Origin: Bdellovibrio sp.
GTDB taxonomy: Bacteria; Bdellovibrionota; Bdellovibrionia; Bdellovibrionales; Bdellovibrionaceae
DNA: 47,936 nt
Reading direction: 5' to 3'
Assembly: GCA_046318155.1 (NCBI GenBank)
Contig: JBKCUU010000061.1
Span: 1 to 47,936 of the forward strand
The notes below the pieces were generated by a model. It saw only the letters and a program-made list of their open reading frames with translations, did no database searches and was not told the DNA's origin. Positions 17,498 through 27,017 of the stretch are shown in pieces. Position 1 is the first letter of the stretch, and each line of letters begins with the position of its first letter. Position numbers and translations under genes: made by a program.

Positions 17498-18931
17498 TTA
17501 GGCTCCTTCCGCGCTCACGTTCAACGTTGCATTGCGAACCCATTTTTTGGCGTGCATTAAGACGACCTTAGACTCCTGAAAGGTGTTGTCCAGGAGGACT
17601 GCGGCGCTCAAAACAGATTCAAAACTAGCTAGCGAGTCGTTGGTCGCAGCTAAAACATTATTGATGGGTTGGTCGACTGCTTGAATAAACTTGACCATGT
17701 CCTCAATAAACGGACGAAAAAGCTCGGTGATGTTGTCTTTGCGGGAGCCTTCAAGCTTTCCGCCGGTTCGGATGAGATCAAGGCGAATCACCAGATTATG
17801 AAGAAGTTCGGTCTCTTTCTTTAGCTCCAGAAGGCGCAGATGAAATTGCCGCTGCCGAACAAGAGTTTTCTGGGTCAACTCATGAGTGAGCTTGTGTAGT
17901 GTTTCGATCTCATTGACTTCGTTTGCGCTGAACCCATGATCTAAAGCCTTCTTAAATTCTGGACGACTTAAGACATGATCAATTTCAAAAGAGAGCATTT
18001 CGACTTGCACTCTTGAACACAAAACACTCAGAGTGATTTCGTCTATCTCACCGCCGACCATTTGCGTGATTTTGTTAAAGCGGCCAAAACTGTTTAGTAT
18101 CTCGGTGGCCGTGCCTTGAAATGCAGCCGCTACCACTGAAAGAGTCCCGCCTTCTTTGCCAAGCTGGTTGGCCGAGATTGACATATTGACCGACAGACAT
18201 TCTAGCCCCTCAAAAACAGTGGCGATCGAGCCTTGGGCTTTGTGACAAGCATTTTTTAGTTGGATAAAAACGTCCATCGCGGTCGAGCTTGTTCGAAATT
18301 GATCCAACAGCGCGCGCAGTAAATCGCCGAGCTCGCTCATTCGGCGCATCAAGGCCGTCGTATTTTGAATCTGATTTAGGTCCAGAGATACCGTAGAAGC
18401 ATGAGTCAATAAATCTTTTTCACGGAGTTCAACCATCAAAGCGTGGCGCATAAAATCGCGATAGCTCGCAAAGCCTAAACCTCGAAGTTGTTGTCCAAGA
18501 CACTCGGTTCCTTTTTCCACCCCATCGGAACGCTCCGTGGCGAGAAGATCTTGATATAGACTCGTGACCGTCTTCAAAAGAGAAGAGGTCGGTTTCAAGC
18601 GAATCGACAAAAAACCAGATTCCGTCGGAAAAACAGTGGCCAAGACCCAGTAGTAACCTCCATCCTTGGCCATATTCTTAACGTAGGCGGCAATCACCTC
18701 ACCAGATTGAATCACTTGCCAGAAAAGCTTGAAAATCGTTTTGGGCATATCTGGATGACGAATCAAATTATGAGGTTGATTCAGGAGTTCATCCCTAGAA
18801 AAACCAGCAACCCGACAAAAAACATCGTTCCCGGACTGGATGATACCGCGGGCGTCAGTTCGAGAAACGAAAAGTTCGCTTGCTTCAAAGGGAGCTTCTT
18901 GATCAATCGGAAGACGTGTCATTCTTGCCAT
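17498..18931 (-). CDS. Soluble Aer-like PAS sensor with degenerate chemoreceptor-like helical region
   Basis: Aer-type PAS: SRTDARGII, NDVFCRVAGFSRDELLNQPHNLIRHPDMP, VKNMAKDGGYYWV. No TM segment. LSVNMSISANQLGKEGGTLSVVA resembles an MCP tip. Confidence 0.8.
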   Translation of the reverse strand: MARMTRLPIDQEAPFEASELFVSRTDARGIIQSGNDVFCRVAGFSRDELLNQPHNLIRHPDMPKTIFKLFWQVIQSGEVIAAYVKNMAKDGGYYWVLATVFPTESGFLSIRLKPTSSLLKTVTSLYQDLLATERSDGVEKGTECLGQQLRGLGFASYRDFMRHALMVELREKDLLTHASTVSLDLNQIQNTTALMRRMSELGDLLRALLDQFRTSSTAMDVFIQLKNACHKAQGSIATVFEGLECLSVNMSISANQLGKEGGTLSVVAAAFQGTATEILNSFGRFNKITQMVGGEIDEITLSVLCSRVQVEMLSFEIDHVLSRPEFKKALDHGFSANEVNEIETLHKLTHELTQKTLVRQRQFHLRLLELKKETELLHNLVIRLDLIRTGGKLEGSRKDNITELFRPFIEDMVKFIQAVDQPINNVLAATNDSLASFESVLSAAVLLDNTFQESKVVLMHAKKWVRNATLNVSAEGA

Positions 18932-18939
18932 GGCACCAC

Positions 18940-18967
18940 TGTACGGCGATTTACCTAAAGTCCTCGA
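18940..18967 (-). promoter_or_regulatory. Possible sigma28 (FliA)-like promoter of the chemosensory operon
   Basis: Minus strand TCGAG-N15-GCCGTACA, 8 nt before the ATG, the same geometry as the fliL promoter. Both boxes deviate from consensus. Confidence 0.35.
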
Positions 18968-19131
18968 GTCTAAATTTTATATTCACGACAAAAGGTCATT
19001 GGCCAGACACTATTTTCCTAAAGGAAAACTTAACCATTTAAATAAACAAAAAAACATATAGTTCTGAAGCAGTCAAAGCGCATCTGAATTACGATTGCCC
19101 GTCATCGACAAAAAGCGAGACAAAAGCAAAG

Positions 19132-19312
19132 CTATTGACTAACGCATAAATAAAGGCGCATTGGACTTGTCCTTGCTGGCTACAAAATGACGTACTCGAA
19201 AAAGCTCCTCGACGTGGCTTTGGCCAAGCCTCCGGGGCTTTTTCTCTGTGCGCCATTTTTCGCTCAGCAATTCCATCGCCCACTGCGCCTTTATTTATGC
19301 GTTAGCCAATAG
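19132..19312. mobile_element. MITE/REPIN-like non-coding element, copy A (~180 bp)
   Basis: 29-bp terminal inverted repeats with 28/29 match (CTATTGACTAACGCATAAATAAAGGCGCA) and a central hairpin GCTCCTCGACGTGGCTTTGGCCAAGCCTCCGGGGC. A second copy is at 34361-34534. Confidence 0.85.
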
Positions 19313-19348
19313 GTCAGAACCGCGCACGGCATGACCCAGAACGCGTCA

Positions 19349-20182
19349 TCAAGGGCCTCGCGGCACTTCCAGGTTAGGTCCACGAACCTCGCGGCCCGTT
19401 TGCGCGCTCTCTTCGAGTTCTGGATGAAAGTGATAAACCATCGCGCCGTCCTTAAGAAGTGGAAACACGCGCTTGGCCAGTGAAGGAGCGATCGCCGGGC
19501 AACCCCAGCTCACACCCAATCTTCCAAATGGAAGTTTTGTTTTTGGATTGATGGATTTTGCAAACGAGGCGTCTGCATACCAAGCGCCATGCATGACGAT
19601 ATCACGATGGTAGGCCTGGTCATTCGACCGCTGCAAACCGTACAGACGCAAAGTTGAGCCATAGCTACCCGTATAAGTTTCGCCCGTGATGTAAATCCCG
19701 AGCGACGTCTGACGAGAATCTTTGATATTACTAAAACGGTAGGCATACAAATCACCCGTGTTCTTGCCGTGCGTGGCGAGCATTTTTGTAACTTCACCCG
19801 TCTTCCAATTGATTAAAAAGTACCGCTGCTCAAGAGAGCTCTTGGTGTAGTCAATAATCACGCCATAACTATGAACCGCAAGTTTAACCGTGCGCTCTGA
19901 CGTTTTGCGCTTTTTTTCTTCACAGGGTTTTACGTTTGTCGGTTCTTGCCCGTCGCAGATGTAGATATCTTGCCTGTACTCTCGCCCGTTGTTCTGGTCA
20001 AAGTAACGCACCAATTGATCAAGCGCTTGCGCCGGAACGCCTTGCGATAAAATCTTTTCTTGAATTTCTTTTGTCGCAAGTTCAGAGGTACCAGCCCCTT
20101 GAGCGAACACGGCACCACTGCTGAAAGCGCAAAAAAAACCAAGAGACAAAATAGGTCGCAGCACTGTCAAAAAAAATGACAT
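19349..20182 (-). CDS. Murein L,D-transpeptidase catalytic-domain (YkuD_2-like) protein
   Basis: Signal peptide, IIDYTKSS, THGKNTG, FSNIKDSRQTSLG, LRLYGL, IVMHGAWYA and GRLGVSWGCPA (catalytic His/Cys). Confidence 0.88.
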   Translation of the reverse strand: MSFFLTVLRPILSLGFFCAFSSGAVFAQGAGTSELATKEIQEKILSQGVPAQALDQLVRYFDQNNGREYRQDIYICDGQEPTNVKPCEEKKRKTSERTVKLAVHSYGVIIDYTKSSLEQRYFLINWKTGEVTKMLATHGKNTGDLYAYRFSNIKDSRQTSLGIYITGETYTGSYGSTLRLYGLQRSNDQAYHRDIVMHGAWYADASFAKSINPKTKLPFGRLGVSWGCPAIAPSLAKRVFPLLKDGAMVYHFHPELEESAQTGREVRGPNLEVPRGP

Positions 20183-20256
20183 CTAAAGCCCCTCAAATTC
20201 GACCCTGGCAACAAACCAGAGACACAGCTGAAGAGACTACAAGATGCGGACCAATT

Positions 20257-20805
20257 TTAGGGGTACTGGCAACCTTTTTGGCTTGTGATGCTGACTTTGC
20301 CAACGTCGACGCCACTCTCGCGCGCGATCTGCACGGCCTCTTTGTAAAGATCCGCGGGAAGCTCAGGCGTGCGTGACAAAATCCAAAGGCTGGTCGCATC
20401 GCTATTTGAGATCACAGCATAGCGGTAATCTTTATCAAGACCGATGATCCAATAATCGCCTTTAAAGGGCCAAAAGAAAGTAACCTTTAACTTTGAATTG
20501 GTTTTTGGATCAACAACTTCGGCCGTCCCTTGCGCCTTAGAAAGCCGTCCATCAATCGCGTCCTTGTTGCACGTATTCAAAACCGAAATCTGAGTGTTGT
20601 CTTTAAGCCCATACTGAGCCCTCGTGCAGACGCAACCCTTTGTAAAGAATTGCGGAATCGATGCGATCTCGTACCAGTCGCCAAGGTAACGCTGAAGATC
20701 GACGTGTTCAACAGTTCGCGGAGCTGCCTGCGCCAGTGGACTGACAAACAGCAAACAAACCGTTGTGAAGAGAAGACACCAGGCGCGATTGCAATTCGTA
20801 AACAT
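20257..20805 (-). CDS. blc: Bacterial lipocalin (Blc family)
   Basis: VDLQRYLGDWYEIA, KLKVTFFWPFKGDYWII, LWILSRTP. Confidence 0.92.
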   Translation of the reverse strand: MFTNCNRAWCLLFTTVCLLFVSPLAQAAPRTVEHVDLQRYLGDWYEIASIPQFFTKGCVCTRAQYGLKDNTQISVLNTCNKDAIDGRLSKAQGTAEVVDPKTNSKLKVTFFWPFKGDYWIIGLDKDYRYAVISNSDATSLWILSRTPELPADLYKEAVQIARESGVDVGKVSITSQKGCQYP

Positions 20806-20924
20806 AAAATCTCCTTTGATGAGCTTAATTTCGAGCTTGCCTTATAGACCTAGTTTCAAGGAGGATGCTAGCTCTTTTCACGACAAGAGAGTAGAGCTCA
20901 AGAGCCTGGTTAAGGAAACTAAAC

Positions 20925-22403
20925 ATGGCAGCGAACGAAACAACCGCATTTGGCATTCATTGGTTTCGGCGTGACTTGCGCATTGCAGGCAACCCGGCCC
21001 TCCGACTTCAGTTCGAGCGCTTTTCGGGCCGTGTCGTCGGCGTTTTTTTCTTTGACTCGCAATTCTTGCGTCGTGAAGATTTTTCGCACCATCGCTTTGC
21101 TCTGTTTCTGGAGACACTCAAGGAGCTGCAAAATGAAATGGTGTCACTGGGCGGAGAGCTTTTGGTCATCGATGGTCTCGTGCAAGACGCTTTTCCAAAA
21201 CTGCTGGCCTCGCTGAAGACAAAACCCGCTCTTGTGACTTGGAACCGGGATTACGAGCCCTATGCCCGACACCGGGACCAGCAGATGCAAGCGCTGCTCC
21301 AAAAGGATGGACTCGATGTCTTGACCGAACGCGACCATCTCATTTTTGAACCGCACGAGATCGTCAAAGAAGACCATAGTTTTTACCAGGTCTACAGTCC
21401 CTTCGCAAAGCGCTGGTATGATCGTTTTAACAAACCCGACATTCAAACTCGAATTCAGTCACAAAAAAAAGGACTTCAATATTTGAGCAAACGAGCCCGA
21501 GGGCAAGGAGCCCCAACGTTTATGACGCTTAAATGGAGTGAGCTTTATCGGCGCGAAGCTCCCTTTCCAGATGCTTTAATGCAATTTATCCAAAAAAACT
21601 CACCGCATGTTTCGATCTCAATACCGAAAGCAGGCTCGCTGGCCGCCTACAAAACATTGCGGCAGTTCTCAGGCGAACTGGAACACTACGGCGTCAACCG
21701 CGACTTTCCGGGCATCAACGGCACCTCGCAGATGTCGCTCTACCTCAAGAACGGAGCGATCACGACGGCGCAAATTATTGCCGAACTCCAGTTAGGCCAA
21801 GAAGACTTTCGTTCAGAGTCAGGCCCCAATCGTTATCTCAAAGAGTTGGTCTGGCGAGAATTTTACTATTCGATTTTGTGGCATGCCCCCAGGATTGAGA
21901 ACGAAGCTTTTCTTGAAAAGTACAAAGAGATTCAGTGGCCCAACAATCCCGAGTGGTTTCGGCGCTGGTGCGAAGGCACGACCGGATTTCCGATCATCGA
22001 TGCGGGCATGCGGCAGCTAAGCACCACGGGCTGGATGCACAACCGTGTTCGCATGATTGTTGCCTCTTTTTTATGTAAAGATCTTTTGATCGACTGGCGT
22101 TGGGGCGAGAACTATTTTATGAAAATGCTTTTGGACGGGGATCTGGCGCCCAACAATGGGGGTTGGCAATGGGCGGCTTCCACCGGCTGCGATCCTCAGC
22201 CCTACTTCCGCATCTTCAACCCCTCCTTGCAAAGCCGAAAATTTGACCCCAATGGCGATTACATTCGCACCTACGTCGAAGAGCTGAGACATGTCAAAGA
22301 CAAGTCCATCCACGAGCCCGAGGGCGTCCCCGGTTATCCAGCACCCATTGTGGATCATTCGGCTCAACGCGCTCTGGCTTTGGCACTTTACAAGACGCCT
22401 TGA
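20925..22403 (+). CDS. phrB: Deoxyribodipyrimidine (CPD) photolyase
   Basis: HWFRRDLR, YQVYSPF, GTSQMSLYL, ELVWREFY, GTTGFPIIDAGMRQLSTTGWMHNRVRMIVASFL, NNGGWQW, YFRIFNP. Confidence 0.95.
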   Translation: MAANETTAFGIHWFRRDLRIAGNPALRLQFERFSGRVVGVFFFDSQFLRREDFSHHRFALFLETLKELQNEMVSLGGELLVIDGLVQDAFPKLLASLKTKPALVTWNRDYEPYARHRDQQMQALLQKDGLDVLTERDHLIFEPHEIVKEDHSFYQVYSPFAKRWYDRFNKPDIQTRIQSQKKGLQYLSKRARGQGAPTFMTLKWSELYRREAPFPDALMQFIQKNSPHVSISIPKAGSLAAYKTLRQFSGELEHYGVNRDFPGINGTSQMSLYLKNGAITTAQIIAELQLGQEDFRSESGPNRYLKELVWREFYYSILWHAPRIENEAFLEKYKEIQWPNNPEWFRRWCEGTTGFPIIDAGMRQLSTTGWMHNRVRMIVASFLCKDLLIDWRWGENYFMKMLLDGDLAPNNGGWQWAASTGCDPQPYFRIFNPSLQSRKFDPNGDYIRTYVEELRHVKDKSIHEPEGVPGYPAPIVDHSAQRALALALYKTP

Positions 22404-22421
22404 GACCTGCAAATTGAGTCG

Positions 22422-23066
22422 ATGTTGACGACGCTTTACCGCCACTACAAGAACAAGCCGTACCGGTTTCTAAAAATTGTCAAGCACAGCGAGACGATGG
22501 AAGATCTCGTCTTTTATGAAACCCTGTACGACAATCCCACCGCACGCTTCTGGGTTCGACCTAAAGAAATGTTTTTCGAAAAAGTCAAACTCGCTGACGG
22601 ACGCGAGATCTCGCGATTTGAACCCCTGATCCCCGTTATTCAAATGACCACCACACCAAACGAGCAAGATCTTAAAAATTGCGAAAACTTGATGAGATCT
22701 TTTCTTGGTTTTGTCGATAGCCCTGACTTTCGCGCGACACTCAGCTTAAAAACAAAAGTGTGCTTATTGACCGCCTTCGTCGAGGAAAAACCTGTTGGCT
22801 TCAAACTTGGCTATGCTCAAGACCGCGACGAATTTTACAGCTGGCTCGGCGGCGTTCATCCCGATTTTCAAAGGGTCGGCATCGCCAGCAAGATGGCTTT
22901 GCAACAACAGACTTGGTGCAAAGCTCAAGGTTACAAAAAAATCCGCACCAAAACCGAATCGCCCCACCGCGCCATGCTGATGCTCAATCTACGCCAAGGC
23001 TTTGAAGTCATTGGAACTCAGCAGAGCGGCGAGCATCTTAAAATTTTGCTCGAAAAGAAACTTTAG
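22422..23066 (+). CDS. DUF1653 domain - GNAT acetyltransferase fusion
   Basis: N-terminal YRHYKNKPY...HSETMEDLVFYETLY...WVRPKEMF (DUF1653). C-terminal GFKLGY, YSWLGGVHPDFQRVGIA, LNLRQGF (GNAT). Confidence 0.8.
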   Translation: MLTTLYRHYKNKPYRFLKIVKHSETMEDLVFYETLYDNPTARFWVRPKEMFFEKVKLADGREISRFEPLIPVIQMTTTPNEQDLKNCENLMRSFLGFVDSPDFRATLSLKTKVCLLTAFVEEKPVGFKLGYAQDRDEFYSWLGGVHPDFQRVGIASKMALQQQTWCKAQGYKKIRTKTESPHRAMLMLNLRQGFEVIGTQQSGEHLKILLEKKL

Positions 23067-23073
23067 AAAACAA

Positions 23074-23631
23074 TTAAAACGGGTACAGCAAGATCCCCAC
23101 ACCAAAGATCGCAAACAAAGCGCTCGCAAAATACCGGACGTGGGTCATCGAAATTTTCTCTGAGAGTCGGTCCCCGAGAAAGACGGCCAAGCCGTCACTG
23201 ATGATCATACCCAATGTCGTCCCTATCGTGACGTTCACGAGATCTTGAAACCTCGCGGAGAGAGCCACGGTGGCGAGCTGAGTTTTGTCTCCCATCTCGG
23301 CCATAAAAAAGGCCACGAAAGTCGTCGCAAAGGCGCCCCACTTATAAGCCTGCTTCAACTCCTCGTCTTTATCAGGAATGAGAATCCACAACGCAAAGGC
23401 AAAAAAGACCAAAGCAAGCCCATACTTTAAAACCTGGGGCGAGATCAACTGCGCAAGCCCCTGACCCAAGGTCGCTGCGAGCAAATGATTGAGCAAAGTG
23501 GCGGCAAAGATCCCGGCTAAGATCGTCCATGGCTTGCGAAACCGCGAGGCAAGGACAAAGGCCAAGAGTTGTGTCTTGTCGCCCATTTCACTGGCCGCGA
23601 CGAGCAAGAAAGATTGGATCAGAGCTTCCAT
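23074..23631 (-). CDS. TMEM165/GDT1 (UPF0016) Mn2+/Ca2+ transporter
   Basis: Two copies of the EMGDKTQL signature and about 6 TM segments. Confidence 0.93.
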   Translation of the reverse strand: MEALIQSFLLVAASEMGDKTQLLAFVLASRFRKPWTILAGIFAATLLNHLLAATLGQGLAQLISPQVLKYGLALVFFAFALWILIPDKDEELKQAYKWGAFATTFVAFFMAEMGDKTQLATVALSARFQDLVNVTIGTTLGMIISDGLAVFLGDRLSEKISMTHVRYFASALFAIFGVGILLYPF

Positions 23632-23722
23632 AAAGAGGTCCCCATCTTTTGGGTACGTTGGGTGAGCGGATCAGTCATTTAATGCTGCCTTTTTTGACAA
23701 AAAAGATCAATAGTAGACGAGT

Positions 23723-25327
23723 ATGGCACGCACACTTCTATTTAAAAATTTAAGGTCCCTCTTGCTTGAAACTAACCGGCCTGTGACTCCATCACCGACT
23801 CAAGAGCCGCCGCCGCTATCACGCCGAGACTTTTTAAAAGCCAGTCTGCTCGCCGGTTCAGCGCTCAGCTTGGCACCACACAAAGCTCTCGCTAAGCTCG
23901 AGAAATCAGCGCGCAAGATCCAGCCCGTTGCGATCGTGGGCTTAGGTGCAGCCGGGTTAACGGCCGCGTACCAACTGCAAAAATTAAAGATCCCCTTTGT
24001 TCTTTTTGAAGCAAGCTCCCGTGTCGGGGGCCGCGTTTTTACCGATGACAAAACTTTTGCCGGGCAAGGACAGTTTTGTGAGCTGGGTGCTGAGCTTGTG
24101 AACTCGGACCACACCGCCCTTCGAAATTTGGCCAGGGAGCTGGGTGTTGTGATCGAAGACTTTGGTGCCCCAGATCCCTCCCTCCTCTCGGAAATCTATG
24201 TCCATGATGGAATTCGGTACTCGGCAAGCGATGTCAAGACTGCGGCCGCACCACTTGTGAAATCGATTCGCGGCGACTTGAAGCGAATTTTTGGCAAAAG
24301 TAAGCCCGAGGCGATTACGGCGACCAGCCCCTTTCGGCACAAAGCTCAAACATATGACAACACGAGCCTCGCCCAGTATTTGGATGTTCAGACCTCGCTT
24401 CCCGCTTGGTTTAAAGGACTGCTGCGCGAAGCTTATGAGACCGAGAACGGTGTTGCGATTGAGAAGCAATCTGTTTTGATTTTGTTTTCGATGTTCGCCG
24501 AGTTTCATGGCGAGTGGTCCACTTACGGCTCGTCAGATGAGACCAGCCGAATCAAGGGTGGCAGTTCAAAACTCATCGAAGCCATTTTCAAAAAAATCCA
24601 ACCGCGCGGCGCCGTGAACTTTAAACATCAACTGGTTCAAGTGATTGAAAAAGATGGTAAGATCGATCTGACCTTTCAGACGACCGAGCAGCTCAAAACG
24701 ATGACTTTTTCACAGGTCATTCTGGGGCTCCCACTGCCGGTTCTGCGGCAAGTTGGCGGCTTCTCGGATCAAACCCTCAAGCTCAAGGCGCAAGTTCACA
24801 AAGCCATCCAGGAGCTTCAGTACGGCTACAATAGCAAGACAATGTTAGGTTTTAGCCAGCGTATTTGGCGAAAACCAAAAAAGTTCGAACCCTCGACAGG
24901 CTCAGTGCTGTCGAACCTTTATACCAGCACCTTGTGGGAGACCAGTCGCCTGCAAAAGGATCCCGCAGGCATTCTCACTTTTTATGCTGGTGGAAAAAAA
25001 GCCCACGACGTCGCGCTCAGCAACGTGTCACAAATGCTCACAGATATTCAGGCTCTTTTTCCGGGTGCCAAAGACGTTTTTAACCAAAAAACAGTACAGT
25101 TCAATTGGCCCAAATATCCGTGGGCCTTGGGATCCTACTGCTCCCCTGCACCGGGTCAGTACACGACTTTAATGGGACTTCTGCATGAGCCATTCTTGGG
25201 GCATAAGCTTTTTTTGATCGGCGAACACACATCGATTGATTATTATGGTTTTTACGATGGCGCGATCGAGAGCGGCCAACGAGTGGCCGAGCAGATCATG
25301 CAGAGTTGGCCCGAGTTTGCCGCATGA
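23723..25327 (+). CDS. Flavin monoamine oxidase family FAD oxidoreductase, probable Tat substrate
   Basis: SRRDFLK twin-arginine motif, IVGLGAAGLTAA, EASSRVGGRV, ELGAELV, RIKGG, PWALGSY, GEHT...GAIESG. Confidence 0.88.
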   Translation: MARTLLFKNLRSLLLETNRPVTPSPTQEPPPLSRRDFLKASLLAGSALSLAPHKALAKLEKSARKIQPVAIVGLGAAGLTAAYQLQKLKIPFVLFEASSRVGGRVFTDDKTFAGQGQFCELGAELVNSDHTALRNLARELGVVIEDFGAPDPSLLSEIYVHDGIRYSASDVKTAAAPLVKSIRGDLKRIFGKSKPEAITATSPFRHKAQTYDNTSLAQYLDVQTSLPAWFKGLLREAYETENGVAIEKQSVLILFSMFAEFHGEWSTYGSSDETSRIKGGSSKLIEAIFKKIQPRGAVNFKHQLVQVIEKDGKIDLTFQTTEQLKTMTFSQVILGLPLPVLRQVGGFSDQTLKLKAQVHKAIQELQYGYNSKTMLGFSQRIWRKPKKFEPSTGSVLSNLYTSTLWETSRLQKDPAGILTFYAGGKKAHDVALSNVSQMLTDIQALFPGAKDVFNQKTVQFNWPKYPWALGSYCSPAPGQYTTLMGLLHEPFLGHKLFLIGEHTSIDYYGFYDGAIESGQRVAEQIMQSWPEFAA

Positions 25328-25863
25328 GCTTGGACCGTAAGGCCTTGTTTCTCGAGATCTTGAAGCAAGAGGGTCTCGCTCTCAATGACGATCTCAATGA
25401 CGATCTCAAAAGAATCGCGGCGGCCCATACCTCAGATTTAAGCCCGACCAGCTCACGGCACTTTTCTGAAGACCTCGAGAAATTCGTCACCGAGAAATCG
25501 GCTCGCAGCTTGGGACAGCGCTTGAGTCTGACGCCTGGTCTTGCGCCCGCGGTCGCATGGCTTGAAATCGTGACCGATTTTCACCGCACTCAACAATGGG
25601 GACTTGCCACAACGGTGAATCGACCGGTCCGGGTCAAAGAAGACACGCCCGCTCGCGAAGTCGCCTCCTATGTTTGGACCCTCATTCAAGCGCTGCTTGT
25701 CATGAAATGCGTCATTCTTTTTTTTGGAATCAAGTCAGCCGAAGATCCTTCACCCTGGATGACGGCGGGACTCATCATTGCATTGGCTTTTTCGTTCGGT
25801 TCGCTGATGTACTTTGCGATTCGAAAATCTCGCAAGGAGGCTCTCAAAAAGAAGTCCCTTTAA
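25324..25863 (+). CDS. Hypothetical membrane protein (two C-terminal TMs)
   Basis: ATGA coupling to the oxidase gene. Hydrophobic segments YVWTLIQALLVMKCVILFFG and GLIIALAFSFGSLMYFA. Confidence 0.65.
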   Translation: MSLDRKALFLEILKQEGLALNDDLNDDLKRIAAAHTSDLSPTSSRHFSEDLEKFVTEKSARSLGQRLSLTPGLAPAVAWLEIVTDFHRTQQWGLATTVNRPVRVKEDTPAREVASYVWTLIQALLVMKCVILFFGIKSAEDPSPWMTAGLIIALAFSFGSLMYFAIRKSRKEALKKKSL

Positions 25864-25948
25864 CTGTTGTTGAGTCGTGAGTTACGACCAAAAACCAGAT
25901 CAGTCCGACCCTGCTTTACAGTGATTTTGTTAAACTTTAACGTGAATT

Positions 25949-26768
25949 ATGAAGTCGACGGCTCTTCTCCTCTCGCTCGTCTTAATCGCAACTTCCCGTC
26001 CTAGTGCTGCCGTGTCTGAGCTCTTCAAGCAAAAAAAGGGACCAAGCACCAAGGTGATCAAACTTCTCAGAGCCCCGGCTGAATCCATATCACTTAAAGA
26101 AAACTGCGGCGTCACACTGCTCACTCAATCGAACTTGGACCTCAAGAAAAATAAACTATTGTTTATTAAATCAAAAGAGTACCAAGCAGAGTACTGTGAA
26201 CCCGTCGAACCTGTTTCTGGAACTACCAATGCCGTGGCTCTCTTCATTGCTCCCGACGGGTGGAGCCGTCACCTCAGCAAGCCCTCCAGCCGTCGCTCTC
26301 CACGAACTCCTTCACTTAGTCGGATTTAAAGATGAATACGCTTACGTGAATGAGGGTGAAGCTAATCTGTACTGCGCCGCTCGATCAATGGCACCCAACC
26401 TCACCATATTTTTATCAAGCCCTCCCTACTCCTCAGATGGAGATGCGCGAGCCCGCCATGCCGGAGACATTCCTTGGTACTCTCGCATCAATGCACCAAG
26501 CATTTCCTCTCCCCCAGAACTTGGCACGACCGAGAATGATAAAACCGGTCTCTATCCGGCGAAGACCTGTGAAAAGGCAACAAAGGGTTTTAAATCTTGA
26601 AGACCAGGGCAAGAAACAAGCCCAAACTTGATGGAATCCGTCGAGCCCGATGCCACCATTCCCCTCACCTTTTGTCCCGCCATACGGCAAGCCTTTAATG
26701 AGCCCGCAGAGACTCCCGTCACCGCGCCTCCTCGTCTGCCGAGCAGCCGTCGCGGGAATACCCGATAG
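25949..26768 (+). pseudogene. Interrupted secreted HExxH zinc-metallopeptidase-like gene
   Basis: A signal-peptide ORF from 25949 shifts frame near 26260-26285 into VALHELLHLVGFKDEY. In-frame TGA at 26598-26600 (KS*RP, probably ex-TGG). The frame stays open to TAG at 26768. Confidence 0.6.
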
Positions 26769-27017
26769 CCTGACTGATTTATGTTGAGGTTCGAAAATCT
26801 TGCAAGACACATACAAACGAGGCCCTTTGCGCATGAGTCTTGAATCAGAATTTCATTTCATTTAATTTCACCCGCGACGTTCAGAAAACGCGGCGTTAGC
26901 ATTTTTTGTGTCTCTTTCTGATTTCTGATTGAGCTTTCTGGATCCTGAGATGACTCAAAGAAATGAACTGATAAAACTTCGGAGATCAGACGAGTCTGCG
27001 ACCACAAGAAGATCCTC

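Noticed and set aside
19089..19283. 64-aa ORF in the intergenic region
   Set aside because: It lies mostly within the palindromic MITE and has no protein features.
6840..19312. Single intact integrative element or prophage spanning tRNA-Ala to MITE A
   Set aside because: There is no integrase, phage or conjugation gene and no matching tRNA-Ala repeat at the far end. I cannot compute GC or codon shifts reliably by eye, so only a variable region is claimed.
23632..23722. yybP-ykoY (Mn2+) riboswitch expected upstream of the TMEM165/GDT1 gene
   Set aside because: The intergenic region is only ~90 bp, is shared with a divergent gene, and lacks the GGGGAGTAG and GAGACC-type core in a foldable arrangement.
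25381..25409. 12-bp tandem repeat CTCAATGACGAT x2
   Set aside because: It is an in-frame micro-duplication (LNDD LNDD) with no sign of a wider repeat system.
26598..26600. In-frame TGA as selenocysteine or Trp recoding
   Set aside because: TGA is a normal stop in many genes here, the same gene also has a frameshift, and no SECIS-like hairpin was recognised.
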